The translations under genes and the position numbers were made by a program. Below, in pieces: positions 48,047 through 57,894 of a DNA stretch of 64,000 nucleotides; within the stretch, counting starts at the first letter, position 1; every line of letters starts with the position of its first letter. Source of the DNA: an uncultured bacterium (GTDB taxonomy: Bacteria; UBP4; UBA4092); contig CAZXWN010000010.1 of the NCBI GenBank assembly GCA_964644695.1, forward strand, positions 1 through 64,000, given 5' to 3'. The notes beneath the pieces were generated by a model, which saw only the letters and a program-made list of their open reading frames with translations, ran no database searches and was not told the DNA's origin.

Positions 48047-49039
48047 ATGGGTGGAAAACAGGACTTAGCGATGTGCGGTTGCCGTTGTGATTTATGCAAA
48101 GCCTACACATCAAATGTGAAAAAAAACGATCAGCGGAAAACATTGGCGGAAATGTGGAGCAAGTATTATGGTCTTGATCCTTCCGTGATGGATAGCTGCG
48201 GAGGTTGCAGGAATAATCCGTCCGACACGGATTGTCCCGTCAGAAAATGCGTGCTTGAGAAAGAATTGAACCATTGCGGAGACTGCGGCGATTTTCCTTG
48301 CAGTATCTTTTCCCAGCGTTGTGGATCATTCCCGGAGGAAAAGAAAAAAGATTTTGATATAGACGAGTATAACGAGTATATCCTTGCTTATGATAACGAA
48401 ACAAGGCTCAGGGAGTACAAATCAAAACAGGAGCAGCTCAAAAAAGTCAGCGAAGAAACCATGCGGTTCATGCGTGGAAAATATGCACTGGATGAGGTGG
48501 GTAATGGTAAAGATAAACTCGCCTTCGTCGACGGCGATAAAACCGTATTAACTATATACATACGCGACGGGTATTACGATTTTGCTGTGGGTCAAGAGCT
48601 CATAAGGGTTACCGATCTCAACGCACTCGAAAAAGCCAAAGAAATCATCCTTGCCGCAAAAAAGCCGAACCGTCAGCCTTTGCCGAAAACTCATATTCAC
48701 ATTGGTAATTGCGGGCATCGGTGCGACTTATGCGTTCATTACAAAGGTAAAACTTCTATCAGCGCTGAAGAAATGGAACACGCACGAGTGTGTTGTACCG
48801 CGGTATACGGTGGCAGTGTTTGGGAATTGAATTGTGATGGCTGTCATTGGCAGGACTGTGTCGAAAAGAGTACGTATTGCAGACAAGAAAAAGGGCTCGA
48901 AAAATGTTCGGCTTGCGATAATTATACTTCATGTACGAAATCGGCTGGCTGGCCGCCTGAAATTCATACACGTACAATTACTGCCGACGAAGTGACATGG
49001 GCGATATTGCCTTATGTGAAAGGGCAATACGGGAATTAA
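48047..49039 (+). CDS. Cys-rich protein with two DUF3795-like domains
   Basis: Two CG.RCDLC...C.GC...C...C...K.L..C..C repeats; CAGGAG SD. Confidence 0.7.
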   Translation: MGGKQDLAMCGCRCDLCKAYTSNVKKNDQRKTLAEMWSKYYGLDPSVMDSCGGCRNNPSDTDCPVRKCVLEKELNHCGDCGDFPCSIFSQRCGSFPEEKKKDFDIDEYNEYILAYDNETRLREYKSKQEQLKKVSEETMRFMRGKYALDEVGNGKDKLAFVDGDKTVLTIYIRDGYYDFAVGQELIRVTDLNALEKAKEIILAAKKPNRQPLPKTHIHIGNCGHRCDLCVHYKGKTSISAEEMEHARVCCTAVYGGSVWELNCDGCHWQDCVEKSTYCRQEKGLEKCSACDNYTSCTKSAGWPPEIHTRTITADEVTWAILPYVKGQYGN

Positions 49040-49131
49040 ATAATAAAACGGGTGGTTCAAAAACACAAAAACCCACATAGCCAAAACATTACGATATAGA
49101 CTTAACCCTTTGTTCAGGTTATGCTTAAGAA

Positions 49132-49869
49132 ATGTCGATGAAGAAAGATACGATGACCATTAATCCCGAATTGACAATTGTTCTTCCTTCTAAAAATGAG
49201 GAAGAAAACATCGGACGGACTGTGGAGAGTATTCTCGCACAGGATTATCCCGCTATAAGAAACACACGGATCATCCTGGCCGATAATCATTCTACTGACC
49301 GGACCCGTGAGGTCTTCTTATCGTTCCAAGACCGGGGCTTGGTCGAAGTTCTAGATGGAGGACTTCCCTCTATTGCCCGTAATCGTGGGGCTAAGTCTGC
49401 CCAATCGAAATATATATTATTTCTGGATGCGGATATTCTATTAGGTGAACCTTCGAGTATCCGCAAAGCCGTTGAACTGGCAAAACGAAAAGACTTGGAT
49501 TGTGTTACGACAAGGCTTCAATGTCGGGATGGAAACTGGAAAGACCATCTTCTCTATTTTATGACAAATCGGATTATTACCTGCTCAAAATGCTGGAGAC
49601 CTTTTTCAACGGGCGCTTTCATGTTGTTTAAAAAAGAAACCTTTGACCAGTTGGGTGGCTTCAATGAGAGAGTACACTTCTCTGAAGATTATTTCCTCTC
49701 GAAACAGGTGAAACCTCGGAAATTTGGGGTGGCTAAAACCTTCTTCTATACCGATAATCGCCGCTTCAAAAAAACTGGATATTGGAAGATGATTCGGATG
49801 TTCCTCAATACCGCTATCCATTCCAACGACCCCGAATACTTTTACCGGGACCATAAATACTTCGACTAA
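49132..49869 (+). CDS. Glycosyltransferase family 2
   Basis: IVLPSKNEE, ADNHSTD, ARNRGA, FLDAD, GGFNE...SED. Confidence 0.92.
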   Translation: MSMKKDTMTINPELTIVLPSKNEEENIGRTVESILAQDYPAIRNTRIILADNHSTDRTREVFLSFQDRGLVEVLDGGLPSIARNRGAKSAQSKYILFLDADILLGEPSSIRKAVELAKRKDLDCVTTRLQCRDGNWKDHLLYFMTNRIITCSKCWRPFSTGAFMLFKKETFDQLGGFNERVHFSEDYFLSKQVKPRKFGVAKTFFYTDNRRFKKTGYWKMIRMFLNTAIHSNDPEYFYRDHKYFD

Positions 49870-49995
49870 TAAATCTTAATACCATTATTATCCCTGACTG
49901 CCCTGAAATTTACCCAAAAACTTTCTCATCTCCCCCATGACCTCATCTGTCATACCCCCGGTTTTTAATAAATGAGTCAGAAATGATTTTATCTA

Positions 49996-50023
49996 TTGAA
50001 CCTAACAAATGTTCGGGTATAAT
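49996..50023 (+). promoter_or_regulatory. Promoter with an embedded Gram-positive-type LexA (SOS/Cheo) box
   Basis: TTGAAC-16 nt-TATAAT; spacer contains CTAACAAATGTTCG (50002-50015), 13/14 match to CGAACRNRYGTTYG. Confidence 0.6.
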
Positions 50024-50053
50024 ATAGGCAGAGCTCCAGGAAGGAGAAGACAC

Positions 50054-52822
50054 ATGATGCGAATACAAAAACTTAAAGAATACGGAATCCCCGCCGGCAT
50101 TATTGAAGAGTGGGAAAAACACTACGGTCCAGAACTATTATCTCTTCAGCATCGCGCTGTGGTAGAAGGTGGTGTGTTAAACGGCCGCAGTCTGGTCGTG
50201 TCTGGTGCGACTTCTTCCGGGAAAACATTAGTCGGGGAAATGGCGGCAATTCAACGGGCTGCCCGCCATGAAAAAGTGATTTATCTGGTGCCCTTGAAAT
50301 CTCTGGCGGAAGAAAAATACCGTCAGTTTGTCCGGACTTATGGTGCCTATGGTTTAAGAGTTCTGGTCTCCCATCGGGACCGTCAAACCCATGATGACTC
50401 TCTGCGGCAGGGTCAGTTTGATCTGGCTGTCGTGGTATATGAAAAACTCCAGGCGCTATTGGCGCGGGAACCTGATTTACTTCGGGAAGTCCGTCTCGTG
50501 GTTGTGGACGAATTGCAAACCGTGGGCGATCCGGAACGCGGCGGCGACTTGGAAATCCTGTTGACCCGTATTCTCCGCGATGCCAAACACCGAGGCGGTC
50601 CCTTCCAGATGGTTGGATTGTCTGCTGTCCTGGGAAATCCTGATGAACTGGCGCGATGGTTGGAAGCTGGATTATTGATTCATCCGGAACGACCATTGGA
50701 ACTTCGCCGCGGGGTTCTGTTCGGTACCCATTATCAATATCATGAAACTAACAGTGGACTGGTCGGTCATGAAATTTTGGCAACTCCCAATAGTACCGCT
50801 GGCGATGGACTCTCTGAAGACACGTTAGATGTTTCAGATACAGACCCCTATCATGGAGAGGAAGTCCGGAGAGCGGCACTGTTTTTTGCCGCTGAGTCTT
50901 TGGAATCCACCTTGGTATTTGTACCGACACGGCTTTTATCTCGGCACTGGGCGCAAATGGCATCGGATGAGTCAAATCTTCCTGCCGCGGTGGAATCTCT
51001 GCGGCGGTTGGATGTCATGGAACCTTCTGCTGCTCGGGACATCCTGGCCCAACAATTAGAAAAAGGTGTTGCTTTTCATAATAGCGACTTGGGTCCTGAA
51101 TTACGGTCTATCGTGGAAGAGGGGTTCCGTACCGGCGAAATCAAACTCCTGTTTTGTACTGCCACCCTGGCTCAGGGTGTAAACCTTGCCGCTAAGAACA
51201 CAATCATTGTACCAGAAACATATCGGTACTCAGAACGGTCTGGGGGATTTGTGAGTTACTCTCTCCCCATTAATGAACTGGAAAACCAAGGAGGCCGTGC
51301 CGGCCGTCCTGGCACTGGAGATACCTTTGGGCGGATGATCCTGGTGGCCTGTTCCGAACATGAGAGAAGCCACCTCTGGACTCGTTATATTGCACCCCCG
51401 ATGCAGACCGTGAATGGTACTGTAAAGGCCATGCCCTTTGAACCGGTTCGATCTGCTTTACCTCATCGGTCTTGGGATACCTTTGTCTTACAACTGGTAG
51501 CTTCTAAATCCGCATTTACGGTGGAGCATTTGGGTGCTTTTTTCAAAGAAACACTGGATGGTGAAAGAATCCTTTCCCAAAACCGTCAGGGTGAACCTGC
51601 CCTACTGGCTCGATTGGCAGAGAGTATAAGCCGACTGAAATGTGGTCGGTTCCTGGTGGAATTACCAGACGGGACTTTGGCTGCAACCCATGCAGGACAT
51701 CTGACCGCCACTTCGGGAATTACCGCTGAAGGAATGGATTGGTTACGGGTATGGCTGCCTCGGTTTGAAGAAGGCCGCCGGGATGTATTGGAACAGTTGC
51801 TGTTGTTGTGTCTGATGCCGGAAGCTCGGTGTCATCCTGTTCCCGTCAAAGAAACGGAATGGCGGGGAGCTTTGGTGCGTGAGCCTCTGTTTCGGCATAT
51901 TACCGAACGCGGACTGGATACTGGCCGTGTTCTGAAACCACTTCTGGAGGAGACCCCTCTGAAGCCCAGAGATAAGGCCTCGGCTCTCAAAAAGGCACTG
52001 ACCCTCTATGATTGGATTTCCGATATCTCTACCTTGGAATTGGAACGAAGACATAACCTGTTTGCAGGAACTATCCGTAATCTCGCCCATGAAATTGCCT
52101 GGTTGGCAAAAGCGGCTGCCGCCGCAGGTGCTTTGAGGGGATGGCCGGAAACGCTCTGGAAAACCTGGGACCGACTGGCGTATCGGTTGTATGCCGGTGT
52201 GGAAGAAGAATCTTTATCCATTGGAATTTTACCCGTAGAGGGATGGTCTCGGGATACAGCCCATGCACTCACCCGCCAGGGTTATGATACACCTGAAACC
52301 CTGAAGCAGGTCGGAGAATCTGAAATGGCTCGTTGGATACACCCGGTGCTGGCGTCTCGTATATCTGCCTGGGCTAACCGTAAGGCCAGAACCCAAGTGG
52401 TAACTCCGGAATTAGGCGCTGATGTAACTCGGGATCGGCTGGAGTTAACAGGTGTTCCCGTTAAACGGCGGACGGTTGCCCGATTTAATGGGCATCTGTT
52501 GGAATTACCGAACAGCTCTTATCTGGTCTTGTTGAAATTGGCACGAGCCCGGTTGGCAGAAGCTGCTAATGGGACACTCCGAGCCGGTTGGGTATATCGT
52601 GACCAGTTGGATTCATCCGACCAATGGCGCGCAATTTCCCGGCTTCGGGGTCAACTGGCACCACATCTTGCTGACCCTAAAGAAGCAATTCTTGAAAATG
52701 ATGGCTGCGGTTATTACAAACTCCGAGTCCATCAGGAAAATCTTTCTGTGGATGAGTCCGCTCATTTGAATCACTGGGATAGTCGGCTTCACCCAGCCCA
52801 GACCTTGGTTAAAACAGCTTAA
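50054..52822 (+). CDS. Ski2/Hel308-like SF2 helicase with a C-terminal OmpR-like winged helix
   Basis: GATSSGKT, YLVPLKSLAEEK, DELQ, LSA, AFHNSDL, TLAQGVN, QGGRAGR; C-terminal ISRLRGQL...ILENDGCGYYKL; AAGGAG SD before ATG 50054. Confidence 0.88.
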   Translation: MMRIQKLKEYGIPAGIIEEWEKHYGPELLSLQHRAVVEGGVLNGRSLVVSGATSSGKTLVGEMAAIQRAARHEKVIYLVPLKSLAEEKYRQFVRTYGAYGLRVLVSHRDRQTHDDSLRQGQFDLAVVVYEKLQALLAREPDLLREVRLVVVDELQTVGDPERGGDLEILLTRILRDAKHRGGPFQMVGLSAVLGNPDELARWLEAGLLIHPERPLELRRGVLFGTHYQYHETNSGLVGHEILATPNSTAGDGLSEDTLDVSDTDPYHGEEVRRAALFFAAESLESTLVFVPTRLLSRHWAQMASDESNLPAAVESLRRLDVMEPSAARDILAQQLEKGVAFHNSDLGPELRSIVEEGFRTGEIKLLFCTATLAQGVNLAAKNTIIVPETYRYSERSGGFVSYSLPINELENQGGRAGRPGTGDTFGRMILVACSEHERSHLWTRYIAPPMQTVNGTVKAMPFEPVRSALPHRSWDTFVLQLVASKSAFTVEHLGAFFKETLDGERILSQNRQGEPALLARLAESISRLKCGRFLVELPDGTLAATHAGHLTATSGITAEGMDWLRVWLPRFEEGRRDVLEQLLLLCLMPEARCHPVPVKETEWRGALVREPLFRHITERGLDTGRVLKPLLEETPLKPRDKASALKKALTLYDWISDISTLELERRHNLFAGTIRNLAHEIAWLAKAAAAAGALRGWPETLWKTWDRLAYRLYAGVEEESLSIGILPVEGWSRDTAHALTRQGYDTPETLKQVGESEMARWIHPVLASRISAWANRKARTQVVTPELGADVTRDRLELTGVPVKRRTVARFNGHLLELPNSSYLVLLKLARARLAEAANGTLRAGWVYRDQLDSSDQWRAISRLRGQLAPHLADPKEAILENDGCGYYKLRVHQENLSVDESAHLNHWDSRLHPAQTLVKTA

Positions 52823-52981
52823 TGGGTTTTTACCCCTCTGAGTGGTCTATGTTGGGGGGAAGAGTAAAACGTTTTCTAATTGATTTTCAGTGAGTTATCC
52901 AAGGTGATGAAGGAATGGTAAATTTGTGGTTTACAGGATTTAGGGAGAGGAGTACTATATGACAAAGGGATAATCAGGGGT

Positions 52982-55900
52982 ATGAAAATAACCTCTAAAT
53001 TTAACTTGCTGGTAATAAGCCTGCTTTTACTGGCTCTGGTTGGGTTGGTGGGATACCAGACACACCAGCAAAAACAACAGTCTTTATGGGTGGCCCGGGA
53101 ATTGGAGGCACACCAAGATTATCTATTGAATCTGGTTAGTCATGAACAGGATACCTTATCTCGTGAGGTTTGGGAATTAACACTTATTCCTGGTATCACG
53201 AATCACTTTATATCCGAAACAGATTCGATTGATTCCCGGTTACAGGGGGGACTGGATGATGTCTGGATTACAGATCCACAGGGTAATGTTCATAGTTATT
53301 ACCACAAAAATCCCCAATCGCCTCCGATTACTTTACCTGTCTCTTCAAATGAAATCGCAAGTTTATTCAAAGAAACTTATAGCACCCCTTTGTTTATCAA
53401 AACCGCACAAGGAGTATTGTTACTAACAGGTTCACCTGTCAGACAAAGTGGAACTCAGCCCACAGGATATGTTGTTGCTGGGCAAAGATGGGATAGTAAT
53501 TTTGAAAAAAGGATTAGTCAGCAACGGGGAACACCTATTCAAGTAATTCCCTATCCGACCACTGTAAAACAAGAAAAGTCTGACCCTAAACGCGGTTTAT
53601 ATTACAGTTCAACCTTTCTCTATACTCAAAGCAAGCAGCCTATTGCCTATTTGCAGGCGAAAATTCATTCTCCATTCCTGGAGCAGAATTATCGGTTCAT
53701 GTGGCAATTAAAAGTCATTAATCTGGCGATAGGAGTAGTCTTATTATCTTTGTTAGCAATGGCTATTACCTATTGGATTAATAAACCTTTGGAAAAGCTC
53801 TCACTTTCATTACAGACCCATGACATTAATTACTTAAAATCACTACTTCCTAAACAGGACGAGTTTGGAAATCTGGCTCGGACTATCAAGGATTTCTTTC
53901 AGCAACAGGAAGCCTTGCTGCAGAGTGAGAACCGGATGCGGCTATTATTGGAAGGTGCTATTGAAGCAGTTCTTCTCGAACGGGAAGATGGAACTATCAT
54001 GGATTGCAACAACCGGGCTTTGTGGATGTATGGTTATACCCGCAGTGAAATGTTACAGCTTAATGGTATTAAAGATTTGCGGGTTGAGGATGCCATACAC
54101 CAGATAACATCTCATACGGATTCCCGGTTTCCAGATAGCCAGCTTATTGAAGGATGGAATCGGCGCAAAGATGGCTCTTTATTCCCGGTTGAAGTTAGTA
54201 TTGTTCAAATAATACTAGAAGACAGAAAAGTATTCATGGTCTATGTTCGTGATATCACCCAAAGGAAAGAAGCGGAGAAACAAAGCAAGGCATTATATGA
54301 GCTGGCACTGAAACTGACAGAGGTGACGGATATCCATCAGGCTGTTTCAAGTTCTCTTGACACTGCTTTGTCACTCACAGGTCTTTCTTTCGGTTCAATC
54401 TATCTGATGAATCCAGCGACCCATTATTTTGAGCTGCAGGACAGTCGGAACATGACTCCAGATATGCTGGAGGTGATGCAGCAGGTTACTCCAGATACTC
54501 CCTGGTGTAGGGATATTATGGGAGGGAAGGTTGTATATGGACAGGATTATCTCCCTGAAAGTTTTATCGGGGACAGTTCCGAACTTATAACTGACACGGC
54601 ATTCATTCCAATCAAATCTGCCAATCAAGTGATTGGTTCTCTGAATGTGGCCAGTCGTCCCAACGAAATACTGACGCCTGAAGAATGTCGTGTTTTGGAA
54701 AGCGTGGCAAATCAGTTTGGAAGCGCACTGGTCAGAATACAATTTGAAGCTGAACTGCGTGAGACTGTGCAGATGTTGAATGCCTTAGTGGAATCTTCGC
54801 CGGCGGCCATTATCTTATTAGACAATAATGGAAAAGTCCGATTATGGAATGCCGCTGCTGAGGAAATCTTCGGTTGGACAAGTGAAGAAGTGCTTGGTAA
54901 GGTCCTTCCAAACATTCCGGAGAGTAAGGAGCAGGAATCTTATGAGGTTCAGCAGTCCATTTCCAAGGGGGTTCGTATCCGGGATATGGAACTCAGACGG
55001 ATGTGTAAGGATGGTCGGATTATTGATGTCTCATTGAATGGGGCCCCTCTTTATGGGCCTGAGGGTCAGCTGATCGGTCTGATGGGGATTATGCTGGACA
55101 TCACAGAGAAAAAACAAGCATTAGAAAAACTAAAGACGGCAGCCTTCTTTGACCACCTTACAGGACTCCCGAACCGAAGCCGATTCATGGAGCGGTTGAA
55201 TCATCTGACGGCCAGATCCGAACGGCATCCTGATTTTAACTTTGCTGTGCTATACATGGATTTAGATCGGTTCAAGGATATCAACGACAGTATGGGACAT
55301 CCCACAGGTGATCGTGTCCTCCGAGATGTGGGACAACGAATAAACCAATCTTTACGATTGACAGATATGTTGGCTCGAATTGGTGGCGATGAGTTCACTC
55401 TTTTGATGGAAGATGCTACTACCCCGGCAGATGTGATTCCCATGGCAAATCGTATTTTAGATGTTTTGAGTGAGCCTATCCGTATCCATGGTCGCGACTT
55501 GGTGGTCAATACCAGCATCGGAATTGCTTTCTCCCGTCGAGATGATGGGAGCTGCAAGACTCCGGAGGAGATACTTCGGGATGCAGATATGGCAATGTAT
55601 AGAGCCAAAGATACCAGTAAAGGAACCTATGCCTTATTTGACCAGCGGATGTTTGAAAGTATGCGGAGCCAGTTTGAGTTGGAAGCAGACTTAAGAACAG
55701 CATTAAGGGAGAATCAACTGTATCTTCGTTTTCAACCCGTAATGGATATTGAGAGAAATAATCTTTATAGCATAGAAACCTTGGTTTATTGGGACCATCC
55801 CGAAAGAGGTCCTATTACTCCGGGAGTGTTTATTCCAGTCGCCGAATTGACGGGATTGATTGCTCCTCTGACAGAATGGGTATTACTTGAAGCCTGTCGC

Positions 55901-56461
55901 CAGATAGCTCAATGGAAAATGGAGTTCCATGAGATGGAGAATGTGGGTGTCTCTGTCAATGTATCACCCAAGTTATTTGATATAAACCGAATCACGGGTC
56001 CAGTCCGGGAGGCTTTATTGGAAACAGATCTGAATCCTGAGTCTGTTTTTCTGGAAGTGACAGAGAGTGCGGTTCTGAAAACCCCTAATCAAGCCCGTGA
56101 GATTTTCCGCGAATTAAAAGCTATGGGTTGCCGAATTCATCTGGATGATTTTGGAACAGGTTATACATCCCTTCATTACTTATTGAATTACCCAATCGAT
56201 CTTATCAAGATTGACCGATCCTATATTCTCCATATGGAAGAAGACCCTCGGCATCGCAGGATGGTTATGGCTCTGCTCTCAATGGCACGGTCTTTACGTC
56301 TGGATGTTATTGCTGAAGGTGTCGAAACTCCTTCGCAACAAGAGTTTTTACGGCAGAATCACTGTCGATATATTCAAGGGAATCTTTATTCTCCTCCGCT
56401 TCGTTCCCTCGAAATGGAAGCCTTCCTGTCACGCCTGTACCGCGATCAGGTCTATGAATAA
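52982..56461 (+). CDS. Membrane-bound sensor-PAS-GAF-PAS-GGDEF-EAL c-di-GMP signalling protein
   Basis: Two TMs; PAS motifs (RKDGSLFPVEV; CKDGRIIDV); GGDEF with RLTD I-site; ETL/DDFGTGY/AEGVE. Confidence 0.92.
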   Translation: MKITSKFNLLVISLLLLALVGLVGYQTHQQKQQSLWVARELEAHQDYLLNLVSHEQDTLSREVWELTLIPGITNHFISETDSIDSRLQGGLDDVWITDPQGNVHSYYHKNPQSPPITLPVSSNEIASLFKETYSTPLFIKTAQGVLLLTGSPVRQSGTQPTGYVVAGQRWDSNFEKRISQQRGTPIQVIPYPTTVKQEKSDPKRGLYYSSTFLYTQSKQPIAYLQAKIHSPFLEQNYRFMWQLKVINLAIGVVLLSLLAMAITYWINKPLEKLSLSLQTHDINYLKSLLPKQDEFGNLARTIKDFFQQQEALLQSENRMRLLLEGAIEAVLLEREDGTIMDCNNRALWMYGYTRSEMLQLNGIKDLRVEDAIHQITSHTDSRFPDSQLIEGWNRRKDGSLFPVEVSIVQIILEDRKVFMVYVRDITQRKEAEKQSKALYELALKLTEVTDIHQAVSSSLDTALSLTGLSFGSIYLMNPATHYFELQDSRNMTPDMLEVMQQVTPDTPWCRDIMGGKVVYGQDYLPESFIGDSSELITDTAFIPIKSANQVIGSLNVASRPNEILTPEECRVLESVANQFGSALVRIQFEAELRETVQMLNALVESSPAAIILLDNNGKVRLWNAAAEEIFGWTSEEVLGKVLPNIPESKEQESYEVQQSISKGVRIRDMELRRMCKDGRIIDVSLNGAPLYGPEGQLIGLMGIMLDITEKKQALEKLKTAAFFDHLTGLPNRSRFMERLNHLTARSERHPDFNFAVLYMDLDRFKDINDSMGHPTGDRVLRDVGQRINQSLRLTDMLARIGGDEFTLLMEDATTPADVIPMANRILDVLSEPIRIHGRDLVVNTSIGIAFSRRDDGSCKTPEEILRDADMAMYRAKDTSKGTYALFDQRMFESMRSQFELEADLRTALRENQLYLRFQPVMDIERNNLYSIETLVYWDHPERGPITPGVFIPVAELTGLIAPLTEWVLLEACRQIAQWKMEFHEMENVGVSVNVSPKLFDINRITGPVREALLETDLNPESVFLEVTESAVLKTPNQAREIFRELKAMGCRIHLDDFGTGYTSLHYLLNYPIDLIKIDRSYILHMEEDPRHRRMVMALLSMARSLRLDVIAEGVETPSQQEFLRQNHCRYIQGNLYSPPLRSLEMEAFLSRLYRDQVYE

Positions 56462-56552
56462 TCGCGCTGCACGACGGATATCTTGCCTATTACAGGTCTA
56501 ACCGACTTATAATTAAAATAATGAAAACGCTGTCTCTGCAGAGGACCGGGAG

Positions 56553-57893
56553 ATGAAGTGGAACCGGTCTGTTATATCCCGATACCGGTCCGGATTGTGG
56601 ACGGGGTCCCTGGTGGTATTACTGGTGGTGGGAATCAATCTCAGCGGCTGGTTATTTTATCAGCAGGTGTGGGACATTCTCGATGATGGTCTGTCCCGGA
56701 GCCTTCAGTCTTTATCCACAGTAACAGCGCTTACACTTGATTACCGATTCACAGGTGATTGGGAAGCCTATTCTGAAGATACCCAACAGCAGATAGAAAT
56801 GAACCGGTATCTGGAAGAACTCCGTCAGCAGATTCGAGTTCCGGCCCTTTATCTTATCAGTCCTGCTAAAAACAAAATCCTGGCACAGGCGAAAGACAAA
56901 ACCCTTAATCTGGGAGACCCCTTATTACTGGTGGATCAGATGGAAATCGATTCCGCCTTTGCGGGTGTTCCGGCGGCCGGGTTAGTGTTCCCGGTACGGA
57001 ATCAGTATTTTAAGCGAGGGTATGCTCCCATCCATGGAACGGAAGGGAATGTCGTGGCTGTTCTGGGTGTAGAGTCTGGCGTAACCTTTATGACGATTAC
57101 CCGGCGAATCCAGGACGCTCTATATTTATTCAGTGGGATAAGTTTTATTTTGATTATTCTTGCTATTTATATGTTGCACCGAGTGTACCGAACCTCTCTG
57201 AGGCTGGAAGAACAGATGTTGGTATCAGATAAGTATCAGTCGCTGGCTCAGCTTTCTGCGGGAGTGGCCCATGAAATCAGGAATCCCCTGGGTATTATAT
57301 CCGGGAATGCAGAGCTCCTCCATGATGAGCTGGTAGGTCAACCGTCATTACGGCCGATGGCTGGCAACATTCTGGAAGAGACAGAACGGATGAATAAGAT
57401 ACTATCGAATTACATGGATTTTGCTCGTCCGTCTAAACTTCAGAACGAGCCTGTTTCTCCGAAGGATGTCATTGCAAAGAGTGTCCAGCTTTGCCGGTAT
57501 CAACTGGAAAAGGCCAACATTACTGTTGTAGAAGAATACCAGGAACCCATATCGCCTGTCAGGGGAGATGCCGGACGAATAAGACAAGTGTTCTTAAACC
57601 TAATATTAAATGCGCGGGATGCCATGTCCAAAGGCGGCACATTAACGACCCGGGTTATTGATCAGGACCGCTGGGTCCAGTTTGAGATAATTGATACTGG
57701 CAGTGGGATTCCGAGGGACCAGCTTGATAAGGTCTTTGATCCCTTTTATACAACGAAGAATACAGGCAGCGGATTAGGGTTGGCAATTGCCCGCCGTATC
57801 ATAGAAGATCATCAGGGAAATATTACGATCGAGTCCCACCCAGGAAAAGGAACCGTGGTCAGAGTCCGGCTTCCTCATTATAAGGAAAAATGA
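56553..57893 (+). CDS. Membrane sensor histidine kinase (orphan)
   Basis: H-box AHEIRNPL; N-box NLILNARDA; DTGSGI; GSGLGL. Confidence 0.93.
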   Translation: MKWNRSVISRYRSGLWTGSLVVLLVVGINLSGWLFYQQVWDILDDGLSRSLQSLSTVTALTLDYRFTGDWEAYSEDTQQQIEMNRYLEELRQQIRVPALYLISPAKNKILAQAKDKTLNLGDPLLLVDQMEIDSAFAGVPAAGLVFPVRNQYFKRGYAPIHGTEGNVVAVLGVESGVTFMTITRRIQDALYLFSGISFILIILAIYMLHRVYRTSLRLEEQMLVSDKYQSLAQLSAGVAHEIRNPLGIISGNAELLHDELVGQPSLRPMAGNILEETERMNKILSNYMDFARPSKLQNEPVSPKDVIAKSVQLCRYQLEKANITVVEEYQEPISPVRGDAGRIRQVFLNLILNARDAMSKGGTLTTRVIDQDRWVQFEIIDTGSGIPRDQLDKVFDPFYTTKNTGSGLGLAIARRIIEDHQGNITIESHPGKGTVVRVRLPHYKEK

Positions 57894-57894
57894 A

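Noticed and set aside
50100-50696. Long antisense ORFs (e.g. 50100-50696, 40150-40761, 12951-13457)
   Set aside because: Shadows of well-supported genes on the opposite strand, with no motifs of their own.
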